From IMG/VR virus record IMGVR_UViG_3300020195_000009, positions 62,001 to 126,000 of that record: DNA of 64,000 nucleotides; one strand, given 5' to 3'. The notes under the pieces are model-generated. The model saw only the letters and a list, made by a program, of their open reading frames with translations, was not told the origin of the DNA and made no database searches. A program made the position numbers and the translations under genes. Position 1 is the first letter of the stretch, and the number at the start of each line of letters is the position of its first letter. Below are positions 47,409 through 55,794 of the stretch, in pieces.

Positions 47409-47774
47409 TCAGGAGGCTTTAGGGGCCCCGTTTTCCTGAGCTTGAGCTTTTTCAGCTTCCTTCTTGGCCAGCATGTCCGGAGTGACGCCATGGATGGGGT
47501 TCATCTTGCCCGTCTTGCCGTCGATTTCGACCGGGAAGTTGGGCGGGAGACCACGGGACAGAAGAAGACCCTCAAACAGCTTTTGCCGCTCTGCATCGAC
47601 GTTGGCTGCTGCCCGAAGCACGCGAACTCGCTCTTGTTCCAAGTCGAGAAGCCGCTCTGCGCACTGCATACGGGCTTGCTGGAGCTGTCCGAACTTCCCC
47701 AGTAGCTCCGGCTCAACCGGATCATCGAGGGTCAGCTTCTTGGCTTCGGGGTTGGCAGGGGTGCTCATCTTCAT
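47409..47774 (-). CDS. Hypothetical coiled-coil protein
   Basis: 121-aa ORF with its own upstream leader. Confidence 0.7.
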   Translation of the reverse strand: MKMSTPANPEAKKLTLDDPVEPELLGKFGQLQQARMQCAERLLDLEQERVRVLRAAANVDAERQKLFEGLLLSRGLPPNFPVEIDGKTGKMNPIHGVTPDMLAKKEAEKAQAQENGAPKAS

Positions 47775-47829
47775 CTTCTCCGAGTCTTGATTTATGATGG
47801 CCCTTGATGGGACGCACCGGGGGTTAGCG

Positions 47830-47840
47830 ATAAAAGGATC
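47830..47840 (-). promoter_or_regulatory. Candidate late promoter motif GATCCTTTTAT
   Basis: Same 12-mer (GGATCCTTTTAT) as at 55713-55724; intergenic, upstream of a gene start. Confidence 0.55.
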
Positions 47841-47884
47841 CTGGTTTCAACAGTCAGAGGTTTCCTGACCCTACACCGCTACCA

Positions 47885-48775
47885 TTAAACGCCCATGAAT
47901 TTTCGCGGGGACAGGACTCCCCTCCCGACATAGGGGCCGAAGGAGCTTCGGATCCCTGCTCCGTACTTAGGCTGCTGCAAACCCTTGACGAACTTAACCG
48001 TGGCCTTGGCTCGCTCAAGCTGCTTGTCGAACAGGTCGCTAGCCCCTGACTTGAGGGATTCGTACTTGCTCGACTTGTCGATCGTCAAAGAAATTCCACC
48101 GATCGAGTAGTCGAACTCATCCGCCACCCAATTGATCTGAAGGGCTTGGAGGGCGTAGATCATCGCTCCGGTGAGGAGGAGGGTCTTCCACTCTGGGCGA
48201 TACTGCGCCATTTGCTCGATGTTACCAAAGGGGGTACGAGGAGGCGTGGCGATGACCATGTCCAGGGATCGATCTAAGTACTCCAGCAACTCAACGTCTT
48301 CCCAGATGTAGCCAAAAACCCTGCTGAATTGGTTGACTGTCTCCTCGTGGGCGGGGGGCCTGAATTTGTAGAACTTGTCCGGGTTTTGGTCCCTGAGCAG
48401 CATCCGAAGACGGTTGATGAGTTCGATTTCAAGCGGGGAGTAACATACGGGCATCGCTGTCTCGCGATCACGTACGTTGAACTCCTGCACCACGGTTTGA
48501 AGAGGCCCGCCAACGATCTCACGCATAACCCAACGGATTCGGTAATCTCCGAGGTTAGCATCCAGAGGAATGATGAGGCTGGCGTAGTATTCTCCAACCG
48601 TTGGGTTCAACGGGTTCCTCTTGGGGGTACCTACGAGCACTTCGAGGCCGGTCGTGAAGTCGTAGATGGCGTAGTAAATTTCAGCCGCGTTGATAGGGTG
48701 CCCTGACGAGTTGGTCAGGAAGAGGTTGAGGTCGTCTCGGCCTAGCTGTTGTCCTCGAAGGAAGCCTACACCCAT
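47885..48775 (-). CDS. Head-tail adaptor (neck 1) with N-terminal Ig-like domain
   Basis: 'LINRLRMLLRD...YIWEDVELLEYL...FDYSIGGISLTIDKSSKY' resembles gp15/gp6-type adaptors. Confidence 0.65.
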   Translation of the reverse strand: MGVGFLRGQQLGRDDLNLFLTNSSGHPINAAEIYYAIYDFTTGLEVLVGTPKRNPLNPTVGEYYASLIIPLDANLGDYRIRWVMREIVGGPLQTVVQEFNVRDRETAMPVCYSPLEIELINRLRMLLRDQNPDKFYKFRPPAHEETVNQFSRVFGYIWEDVELLEYLDRSLDMVIATPPRTPFGNIEQMAQYRPEWKTLLLTGAMIYALQALQINWVADEFDYSIGGISLTIDKSSKYESLKSGASDLFDKQLERAKATVKFVKGLQQPKYGAGIRSSFGPYVGRGVLSPRKFMGV

Positions 48776-48776
48776 G

Positions 48777-49265
48777 TCACCACCCGTACTTTCCGCAACC
48801 GGATGGGGTCAAGCACTTCCATTGGCAACTACCCACGGGGTTCAAGTTGGTGCAGCCACAACCCCCAGAGGAGCAACCACAACCAAGTCTCTGGTATGTG
48901 ACACCAGGGAGGTATTGAGCCGTATCGAAGACCTTGAACCCGAAGCGGTCGGAAGCGAACGGAGAGCCGAATGACTCCTGAAACTTCCACTCTACGAACC
49001 AATCCCCTGGTTGACCGCACTGACCAGCAACCCCCGAGACGTAGTACTCCCCGATGTCAGCGTTCACGGGGGTCCGGTCACAAGGGCCAACCCGCATCGG
49101 TGCGCAAGCCCCCTTGGAGTAACGGAAGAGCGTGAATGTGACCTTAAAGGGGCTGACGGGGTTACCTGCTGTGTCCGTGATGAAGATGGGGAGGTCCCCT
49201 CTTTGGAATACATACCCCCACTTGAAGATCCCAGGGCTGACGGATCTAGCAATCATTCTTCTCAC
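48777..49265 (-). CDS. Ig-like protein paralogous to the neck-1 N-terminus, Cys-rich tail
   Basis: 'DLPIFITDTAGNPV...VG...RTPVNADIGEYY' aligns with 'DLNLFLTNSSGHPI...VG...RNPLNPTVGEYY'. Confidence 0.7.
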   Translation of the reverse strand: MRRMIARSVSPGIFKWGYVFQRGDLPIFITDTAGNPVSPFKVTFTLFRYSKGACAPMRVGPCDRTPVNADIGEYYVSGVAGQCGQPGDWFVEWKFQESFGSPFASDRFGFKVFDTAQYLPGVTYQRLGCGCSSGGCGCTNLNPVGSCQWKCLTPSGCGKYGW

Positions 49266-49656
49266 CCGGCCCGATAAAAGAAGCCTTCATCCCGCTTCCA
49301 AGGGCCACCCCACCCGAAACAACGTCGTAATCCTGAGCTAGGATCTGAGATCCAACAGGGTAAGTGACGAGAAGACGCCAGTAACCCACGGCGTTGGGGC
49401 GCCAACGAACGCTGTAGGGGCCGTTTGGACCGGGAATCTCGTGCCAGTAGACCTTCCCAGAGACGACCTGCGGGTCCAAGATCCCAACACCAGATACGAG
49501 CGCCCAAGTGAGCAGAGAGTTGTTGAAGAAGACCTGAAACACGACCTGACTGATCGTCAACCCGGCCTGTCGAGTGAACCCGTCAAGTTGAAAGAAGTCC
49601 GCCTGGTCGTAGACAACCTGGTTGGACTGTACCAGTCTGCCTCGGGTTGTGGCCAT
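49246..49656 (-). CDS. Putative structural protein (paralogue of 50216..50761)
   Basis: Shared 'WALVSGVGI.D.QV..GKVYW.E...Y.VR..PN.VG.WRL..TYP'. Confidence 0.75.
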   Translation of the reverse strand: MATTRGRLVQSNQVVYDQADFFQLDGFTRQAGLTISQVVFQVFFNNSLLTWALVSGVGILDPQVVSGKVYWHEIPGPNGPYSVRWRPNAVGYWRLLVTYPVGSQILAQDYDVVSGGVALGSGMKASFIGPGEKNDC

Positions 49657-49664
49657 CCATTACC

Positions 49665-50219
49665 TCACCCTCGCCAACTGTCATCGAGGACGAAGTTTGG
49701 GTCCTTGATCACGCTGTAGAGGCCCTTAACGTAGGATTCGAGGTCCTGCGTATACCCGTAGGTGTTTGCAGCCGCGTGGAGCTTCTGGGTTGCCGGAGCA
49801 CTCTTCGCTTTCAGGTGGTCGATCTTGTTCGACTTCAACTGGCGAATGCCCCTCTCCATCATCTCCAGCGTCGCCCCTCGGGCGTCTGCATCATCCCCCT
49901 CGGAGTCTTCAACGAGGGTAATGTACGACTTCAAGAGACCCTCGGCCGCCTTTACGGCTTTATCGCTGTTCTCGAATAGTTTGTCGTAAGCTCGGTCGAA
50001 CTTCTTTGCCGCAGAGCTGTCGGCGTTCTCGACCTTCTTCTTCAACGACTCCAGCTCAGAAAACAGCTTCTTGTTCTCTGCGAATCGAGCTTCCGATTGA
50101 TCCGCAGCCTTCCCGGCTGGAGCGTGGTTGACACCCCTCGATCCTTGCCGCCCCAGGAACCTGGAAGCCACACGGCGATGGAGGAGGGCATCTTGAAACG
50201 CTCGAAGGGGCTCAGTCAC
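49665..50219 (-). CDS. Hypothetical helical protein (candidate internal head protein)
   Basis: 184 aa; N-terminal 'LHRRVASRFL'. Confidence 0.7.
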   Translation of the reverse strand: MTEPLRAFQDALLHRRVASRFLGRQGSRGVNHAPAGKAADQSEARFAENKKLFSELESLKKKVENADSSAAKKFDRAYDKLFENSDKAVKAAEGLLKSYITLVEDSEGDDADARGATLEMMERGIRQLKSNKIDHLKAKSAPATQKLHAAANTYGYTQDLESYVKGLYSVIKDPNFVLDDSWRG

Positions 50220-50761
50220 GGGGTTCTCCGAATGAAAGAAGACCGGAGACCGAGAACACCAGGAGCCCCAGCTTGAGGGACCACGTCGTAAGAGAGTGAA
50301 ACAGCCTGATCAAACGCAGGGTAGGTAAGGATCAAACGCCAGGGGCCAACCATGTTAGGGAAGAATCGAACATTGTAAAAGCCCGTAGAAAACTCCGTCC
50401 AATAGACCTTGCCCGCTGTGACTTGGATGTCTGGGATCCCTACCCCAGACACCAAGGCCCACGAAAGCTGGTTGGCCCCCGCGTAGATCCGAAGAACCAG
50501 ATTGCCAGGTAGGACATCTTGCGAACGAGTCTTGCCGTCCACCAAGAAGAGATCGACTTGGTCAAGGACCGGCCGTCCCGATTGAACCACCCGTAAAGGG
50601 GGTGAATGTCGAACAGGCGCAGCAAAGCCCGTGACCACGGTGAGGTTGGCCCCCATCGTGGCTGATCCAGCGATTCCGGCTGTAGCCTTGAGTTGAACTT
50701 GACCGTCGGCTGTAAGCGTAGAACCGCTGGATAGATCCGCGTCGATGTTGACGATGGGCAC
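50216..50761 (-). CDS. Putative structural protein (paralogue of 49246..49656)
   Basis: Shared motif as above, plus N-terminal 'A.L...S.LTA' repeats like those of 51235 and 51909. Confidence 0.75.
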   Translation of the reverse strand: MPIVNIDADLSSGSTLTADGQVQLKATAGIAGSATMGANLTVVTGFAAPVRHSPPLRVVQSGRPVLDQVDLFLVDGKTRSQDVLPGNLVLRIYAGANQLSWALVSGVGIPDIQVTAGKVYWTEFSTGFYNVRFFPNMVGPWRLILTYPAFDQAVSLSYDVVPQAGAPGVLGLRSSFIRRTP

Positions 50762-50787
50762 AGGTGTCTTTTACGGAAGGTGACCTA

Positions 50788-51186
50788 TTACCCTTCGGAG
50801 ACCGTAAGTGCTCCGATGGCAAACGACACCTGGTCGCCCGTACCGACGGTCTTGGGGGTGCCAAGGACTCCCTTGTAGAGCATGTTCCCTACGGTCAGGG
50901 CATCCAGGATGGCCGTATGGGTGATCGTCCCCCAGGGGGCCGTCGCTACCGGGAAGGTAACAGCGACACCGTTCGAGACCGAACCCGCCGAGATCGTTCC
51001 CCAGGAGATGGACTGACGGGCATACGACCCACCAGAAACCTCAGCCGCCTGCGAGCCCGTATCCGTGGGATCGGCCGTGAAGAGACCGGAGTACACGGTT
51101 GCTGGGAACGTGTAGGTGAACTGAGCGTTGTTCTTGAGGACTCGGTCGAGAACGCGGTCCTCCAGGAAATCGGTCTTTGCGGTCAT
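50788..51186 (-). CDS. Phage tail/fibre-associated structural protein
   Basis: 'TVYSGLFTADPTDTG...EVSGGSYARQ...VTFPVATAPWGTITH.AI.DA...GNML..G.L...K.V..GD...F..GAL' is a widespread phage minor structural family pattern. Confidence 0.8.
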   Translation of the reverse strand: MTAKTDFLEDRVLDRVLKNNAQFTYTFPATVYSGLFTADPTDTGSQAAEVSGGSYARQSISWGTISAGSVSNGVAVTFPVATAPWGTITHTAILDALTVGNMLYKGVLGTPKTVGTGDQVSFAIGALTVSEG

Positions 51187-51234
51187 CTGAGCATCTCCTC
51201 TTTACGTGGGCTTTGTCTCGGAGTACCGAGCAAA

Positions 51235-51891
51235 TTACTTAGGTTTGAAAGGTTTTCTGGGCGGATTGAGATCAATCATCCCGTTGTTGGCTGACGGGGT
51301 CTTGTTCTTTGACTTGCCACTACCCGTCGCATCAATGAATTGTTGAAGCGTAGTTGCCCCGTTGACCGAGGGCATGGGAGACGGTGCTCCAGGGTGTGGT
51401 GTCCAGGTAATGTCCGCTTGGAAGAAGGTTCCACCGGCTTGAAGATTCGCAAGGATCAACCGGGTAACAAGAAGGTCACCGACTGTGAACCCAGACCCAG
51501 AAGCCGCCAAGGTAGCAGTCAGGAACGCAATCAACGAGGTGTTGAGGTCTGCACTTCCAACAAGGGAGGCACCCAAGGCGAAGGCGGCCTTTACATCCGA
51601 GGAGAATGAGGTGTCTCCTGCAAAGGCAGCTTGAAGAGCAAGAGTTGCAAGGAGATTTGAAGCGTAGGAAGCGTCCCCTGAGAGGGTAGAGTTCACAAGG
51701 AACGCAAGTCCTGCGTCTCCAGACTGGGAAGCACCACCAGAGATTGTAGAGCCCACAGGGAGCGCTAATCCTGCGTCTCCAGACTGGGAAGCACCACCAG
51801 AGATTGTGACACCCAACGGGTAGTTGGCCGTCGCATCTACGGTTTGCGTAGATGACCCATCCAGTGTCGCGTCTACGGCATGATCCGTCAT
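51235..51891 (-). CDS. Repeat-rich fibre-like protein (20-aa repeats)
   Basis: 'TISGGASQSGDAGLA' repeats; C-terminus shared with 51909..53102. Confidence 0.7.
   Translation of the reverse strand: MTDHAVDATLDGSSTQTVDATANYPLGVTISGGASQSGDAGLALPVGSTISGGASQSGDAGLAFLVNSTLSGDASYASNLLATLALQAAFAGDTSFSSDVKAAFALGASLVGSADLNTSLIAFLTATLAASGSGFTVGDLLVTRLILANLQAGGTFFQADITWTPHPGAPSPMPSVNGATTLQQFIDATGSGKSKNKTPSANNGMIDLNPPRKPFKPK
51709..51807. repeat. 39-bp identical direct repeat, 60-bp period
   Basis: tcctgcgtctccagactgggaagcaccaccagagattgt at 51709-51747 and 51769-51807. Confidence 0.9.
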
Positions 51892-51908
51892 GTAAACCTA
51901 GCTCCGCT

Positions 51909-53102
51909 TCATCCCTCGAAGGAGGTTTTCCGAGGTGGGTTCAAAACGATCGTCACCGCATGTTCCGTCGGAGGCTTCAACCGTTCCTTACTCAAGCCCA
52001 AAGAATCAATGAATTGTTGAAGGGCAAAGGCATTGTTGAGCGTTGGTTTCGGTGTGGGGGCCGCAGGGTGGGGGGTCCAAAGGACCCCCGCCGCTACCTC
52101 GGATTGACCAACCATAGTTGAGGTGACGAAACGGACACATAGAGGGACCGCAGTAATGTCTGAAATACCAGTCAGAATGGCGTCAATTAGATCCGTGAGT
52201 TGAGGAGCTGTGACCGTAGAGTCACCCGCCAATGTAGTTGTCTCGGCGTAGTTGACGGACATGGCCGAGATGAAGTCCGAATCTCCGTTCAACACAGCAT
52301 TGATGGTAAAGGTCAACAAAACATCAGAGAGAACGGAGCCGCTCCCACTAAATATGGATGTAAGGGCGTATATAGCAGTCATGCCAGCGACCACGGATGC
52401 GGCTGCATCGGCATCTGCGAGACCCAAATTAAACTGATCGTAAAGAACGGGGACGTAGAAGTCACCTTCCCCGCTCATCGAGGAAATCGCAGCTAGCTTG
52501 AGGACGATCTCTGAGGTTACAGAGGCGTCCGCAAACAGCGATGTGGTTGTCCTGTAGTGAACCGTCCCGTTAGCCGAAACATCACCAGAACCAGACAAGG
52601 TGGCTTCTGGGAGTAGGATCTTGGTAAGAGTTTGGGTGACCGTACCTCCACCACTCAAAGAGGCATCGACCAAGATTGCAAGCACAGCGCTGGCTGTAAC
52701 CGAAGCCCCCCCGGCTGGGCTTGAGGTTACGAAGAACCCGAGACCGATCGAACCTGAAAGGGTGGCTCCTCCTGGTACAGAAGCAGTAATCGCAAAGTTT
52801 TGACCCAGCGAGGAAGTAACGGTACTTCCACCTGAAAGAGCCGCTGTGATCAGGTCCGTGAGTTGAGGGGCAGTGAGAGTGACCCCACCTGATAGCGAAG
52901 CGGTTACCCCGTAAACAATGGAGAGGTCTGCAAAAAGGGTAGAAGAACCTGCAAAGGAGGCGTCTGCCGCGTAGGCTACCCCTGCATCCGCTGTTTGGGT
53001 TGCCCCCCCTGAGAGAGTGGCGTCGACATCAATCGGGGCGGTCCCAAGTTCGAGATCGCCTAGTAAGGCATCTCCAAGAACGCCAGTGTCCCTATCGGCC
53101 AT
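51909..53102 (-). CDS. Repeat-rich fibre-like protein (~20-aa repeats)
   Basis: Repeated 'A.LSGG.T.TA'; C-terminus 'WTPHP.AP.P.P..N.A..LQQFID..G...LNPPRK' shared with the neighbouring gene. Confidence 0.7.
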   Translation of the reverse strand: MADRDTGVLGDALLGDLELGTAPIDVDATLSGGATQTADAGVAYAADASFAGSSTLFADLSIVYGVTASLSGGVTLTAPQLTDLITAALSGGSTVTSSLGQNFAITASVPGGATLSGSIGLGFFVTSSPAGGASVTASAVLAILVDASLSGGGTVTQTLTKILLPEATLSGSGDVSANGTVHYRTTTSLFADASVTSEIVLKLAAISSMSGEGDFYVPVLYDQFNLGLADADAAASVVAGMTAIYALTSIFSGSGSVLSDVLLTFTINAVLNGDSDFISAMSVNYAETTTLAGDSTVTAPQLTDLIDAILTGISDITAVPLCVRFVTSTMVGQSEVAAGVLWTPHPAAPTPKPTLNNAFALQQFIDSLGLSKERLKPPTEHAVTIVLNPPRKTSFEG

Positions 53103-53152
53103 CGCTCAGGCCCTCAGGGTTCGTGAGCGTGGTCGTTTCCGTCGGCATGGCC

Positions 53153-53173
53153 CCTACCCCTAGAAGGGGTAGG
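53153..53173. other. Perfect 9-bp hairpin in a gene leader
   Basis: CCTACCCCT-AGA-AGGGGTAGG. Confidence 0.7.
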
Positions 53174-53182
53174 CAAGCATTA

Positions 53183-53453
53183 TCAGGGGGTAGATGGCGC
53201 CGAACGAGAGCCCCATCTCTCAAGGTATTCAACGGCAGACCGCAACACCTTCAAGTCGTCCTTCGCGTACCCGAGGACGAGATTGCAGTTCCGGTGGATG
53301 AGGCCCCTCACACACTTACCGCTCTGCTCTGTCCCTAGCTACACACTCGGAGACGTGGCACTTCTTGCACTGAGACCAGAGCTTCCCCGTCTTCTTGTAG
53401 ACGTAGAACTCGGACTCGGCCTTCTCAATCTGACACTTGGTACATCGCCTCAT
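53183..53453 (-). pseudogene. Internally deleted endonuclease VII-family homing endonuclease
   Basis: Frame 1 (53453..53316): MRRCTKCQIEKAESEFY...CKKC zinc finger. Frame 2 (ending 53183): GKCVRGLIHRNCNLVLGYAKDDLKVLRSAVEYL, the EndoVII C-terminus. The central CAIC...DHDH segment is absent. Confidence 0.85.
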
Positions 53454-53494
53454 GCGACGAGCTTACACCGCCCATCCCATGTGACAAACGTTTA

Positions 53495-53782
53495 TCACCC
53501 CATATGGCAGATACTCTTCAATGATTTTATGGCGTTCGCATACGGCTGCGCCGCTACCTTGGCGGTGTTGTTGAACCAGCCGGTCTTCAACTCGTTGATG
53601 TCGGCGATAGCGGTGTCGAAGACGAAATAGACTCGGTTGTTCTCCCGGTCCGTTCGGGTCATCTCGACTCCAGCCGTCTGGAGGTACGCCGCGAAATAGA
53701 GATCGGGGGTCCGAAAGTCCTTCGGACTTGTTGTCGTCTTCGCTGACATTTCAGCCTCATCTGATCTGGTTCTTACGTTCAT
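53495..53782 (-). CDS. DUF5659-like small phage protein
   Basis: 'FRTPDLYFAAYL...G.......RVYFVF' pattern; probable start is the ATG near 53749 (MSAK). Confidence 0.7.
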   Translation of the reverse strand: MNVRTRSDEAEMSAKTTTSPKDFRTPDLYFAAYLQTAGVEMTRTDRENNRVYFVFDTAIADINELKTGWFNNTAKVAAQPYANAIKSLKSICHMG

Positions 53783-53831
53783 GTGCGAGATTCAATCTGG
53801 GTATGGGATCTGGATTTACATCATATATTTG

Positions 53832-53859
53832 AGGGGCTCCGGGTCAAACCGGAGCCCCT
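53832..53859. other. 11-bp GC-rich hairpin between genes
   Basis: AGGGGCTCCGG-gtcaaa-CCGGAGCCCCT; no clear U-tract. Confidence 0.7.
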
Positions 53860-53871
53860 ACGAGCCAAGCA

Positions 53872-54651
53872 TCACGTCAGGGCGACGGCCGCCGAAAGCA
53901 TGTCGTTCACCTGAACCCGAGCGAAGGTCGTCGTGTTGGCGATGCCTGGAACGAGAGCTGCCGGGATGTTGATGATGGTACCAGCCACGTTGATCGAGCC
54001 TCCACCGGCAACGATCTGAGCCTGAGTGAGCCTCTTGGTCCCATAGGAGGGCGTTCCGGTGCCCGTAAGGACAACCGTGAAGGTGAAGAGCCCGTACGGA
54101 CCGAGATCCGTTCCGGTGATCCGTAGGTCACCCGCTCCTGGGGTATCCTTGTCCGCCGTCGTGATGACGGGAGCCGCGAAGGCGAACGGGGTTGAACCAT
54201 CATCTTGAACGATCGAGATGGCGGCTCCGTTGGCGAGGGCTGGTTCCCGACGTGGATCCGGGTTGAAAGTGGCGGCTCGATAACCCGCCAGGTTGCCGAA
54301 GAGGTAGCTCTTCTTGACCGCATCCGTCTCCACGAACTGCGGAGCCAAGAGTTCTTGAAGGGCAGCAACTTGCGTTGCTGTAGCTCCTCCAAGACCCGCT
54401 ACACCCGTGATGGTGGCCGAAGCCACGTTCACGGGACCACCAACCGGAACGGTCGCCGTGATGAGCGTCGCCGCTACGGTCACGAGACCCTGAGCCTTCA
54501 AGTACGTCTGGATGTTGGTCGCGTTGGGGCGTCCAACATACCGAGCGTTACCACGAGACGCTTCAGTCGAAGAGTTCGACTGCGACTTGGGCTCCACATC
54601 GGCGATGAAGAGTGCCTTACTGATGTCCCCACGAATGACTCCGACGCGCAT
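53872..54651 (-). CDS. Putative virion decoration protein with C-terminal Ig/IPT-like domain
   Basis: C-terminal domain 'AAP...TAD..TPGAGD...TGT...AQI..GGG......IPAALVPG' shared with 55039..55668. Confidence 0.7.
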   Translation of the reverse strand: MRVGVIRGDISKALFIADVEPKSQSNSSTEASRGNARYVGRPNATNIQTYLKAQGLVTVAATLITATVPVGGPVNVASATITGVAGLGGATATQVAALQELLAPQFVETDAVKKSYLFGNLAGYRAATFNPDPRREPALANGAAISIVQDDGSTPFAFAAPVITTADKDTPGAGDLRITGTDLGPYGLFTFTVVLTGTGTPSYGTKRLTQAQIVAGGGSINVAGTIINIPAALVPGIANTTTFARVQVNDMLSAAVALT

Positions 54652-54668
54652 TTGAACTCCTCCTGACC

Positions 54669-55031
54669 CTAGACGGGCTCTAGTTTACCTCTCGCCTCGT
54701 CGATCTTCAGAAAGCGAAGGATCTCTCCATACGCCGTGTAGAACTCCGAGACAGCCTGACCGAAGGCCAGATGATTCGCACGCCGAACGAAGTGAGCCCG
54801 CTTGAGGATGAGCCCCATCTTCCTCATGAGCCGAAGAAGACGCTCCGCCCGATCGAGCGTTTGAAGCTCGTTTTCCGCTTCTTTGAGGCGGTTGTACCGG
54901 CGGACCATGTCGTTCATCAATTCTTTCGTTTGCAGCTCAAAAAAGAGGTTTTGAGGGCGCCACTTGTTGTCGATCCTTTGGAATGAACCAAGTTCCTGAT
55001 CGATCAAATCTCGAAGGATAGGCGCCCCCAC
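54669..55031 (-). CDS. Hypothetical protein
   Basis: 120-aa helical ORF filling the gap between two genes. Confidence 0.6.
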   Translation of the reverse strand: MGAPILRDLIDQELGSFQRIDNKWRPQNLFFELQTKELMNDMVRRYNRLKEAENELQTLDRAERLLRLMRKMGLILKRAHFVRRANHLAFGQAVSEFYTAYGEILRFLKIDEARGKLEPV

Positions 55032-55038
55032 GTTAGGC

Positions 55039-55668
55039 TCACGTCAGGACCACAACAGCCGTGAGCTGGTTGTCGGCCTTCACTTGAGCGAACGAGGTCA
55101 CCAGAGCCAACCCTGGGACCAAAGCAGCCGGGATGAAGATGGAGGTTGCCGCCACCGTTCCACCCCCAGTGATGATCTGAGCTGCGGTCCGGGTGATAGC
55201 ACCCGTCCCCGTGAAGAAGACGGTCGTGATGTCGGGAGCGAGCGACGTGAAGTTCGTCCCCGTCAAGGTCACATCCCCGGCTCCGGGCGTACCAAGATCC
55301 GCAGTTGCCAGCGTGGGGGCTGCAACGTCGGCGGCTACGAACGAGGTGACGGTGAGGTGCCCAGCCGTTTGAAGACCTTTGATGGTCCCCCTCGCCTGAG
55401 ACATCAGGACCCGATCGCTCTCAGCGACGTCGATGTACCCAGCGACGGTGATATCCCCAATCTTTCGACGGGGGATGTAGCACCTCTGCTTGTCGAAGTT
55501 CACCCCAGGGGACTGGCTGTGATCAGTCCCCAATTGGGAATTCCCATCCCGCTGGTAGCGCTTGGGGGCTCCGACGAGCCGCTTGGCAGTCTTGTTGGCC
55601 AGCCGGTCATCGATATCGTTGATCAGCAAGGCGCCTTGCGCAACCTGGGTGTGGGTCAGCCTCAGCAT
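55039..55668 (-). CDS. Putative virion decoration protein with C-terminal Ig/IPT-like domain
   Basis: C-terminal domain paralogous to 53872..54651; AGGAG RBS. Confidence 0.7.
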   Translation of the reverse strand: MLRLTHTQVAQGALLINDIDDRLANKTAKRLVGAPKRYQRDGNSQLGTDHSQSPGVNFDKQRCYIPRRKIGDITVAGYIDVAESDRVLMSQARGTIKGLQTAGHLTVTSFVAADVAAPTLATADLGTPGAGDVTLTGTNFTSLAPDITTVFFTGTGAITRTAAQIITGGGTVAATSIFIPAALVPGLALVTSFAQVKADNQLTAVVVLT

Positions 55669-55712
55669 TTCGTCTGCGCTCCTACGAGGAAGGGTTCATC
55701 GAAGGAGCGAGC

Positions 55713-55723
55713 ATAAAAGGATC
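55713..55723 (-). promoter_or_regulatory. Candidate late promoter motif GATCCTTTTAT
   Basis: Identical intergenic copy at 47830-47840; variants at 47396, 11894 and 3261; lies immediately downstream of a terminator. Confidence 0.55.
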
Positions 55724-55731
55724 CGCCGGGC

Positions 55732-55774
55732 TAAAAACGAAAGGGGGTCCTGGTTTAGAACCAGGACCCCCTTT
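55732..55774 (-). terminator. Rho-independent terminator after the lipase gene
   Basis: Minus strand: AAAGGGGGTCCTGGTT-CTA-AACCAGGACCCCCTTT followed by CGTTTTT. Confidence 0.85.
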
Positions 55775-55794
55775 AGGTTGGATCATTTCAGGCT

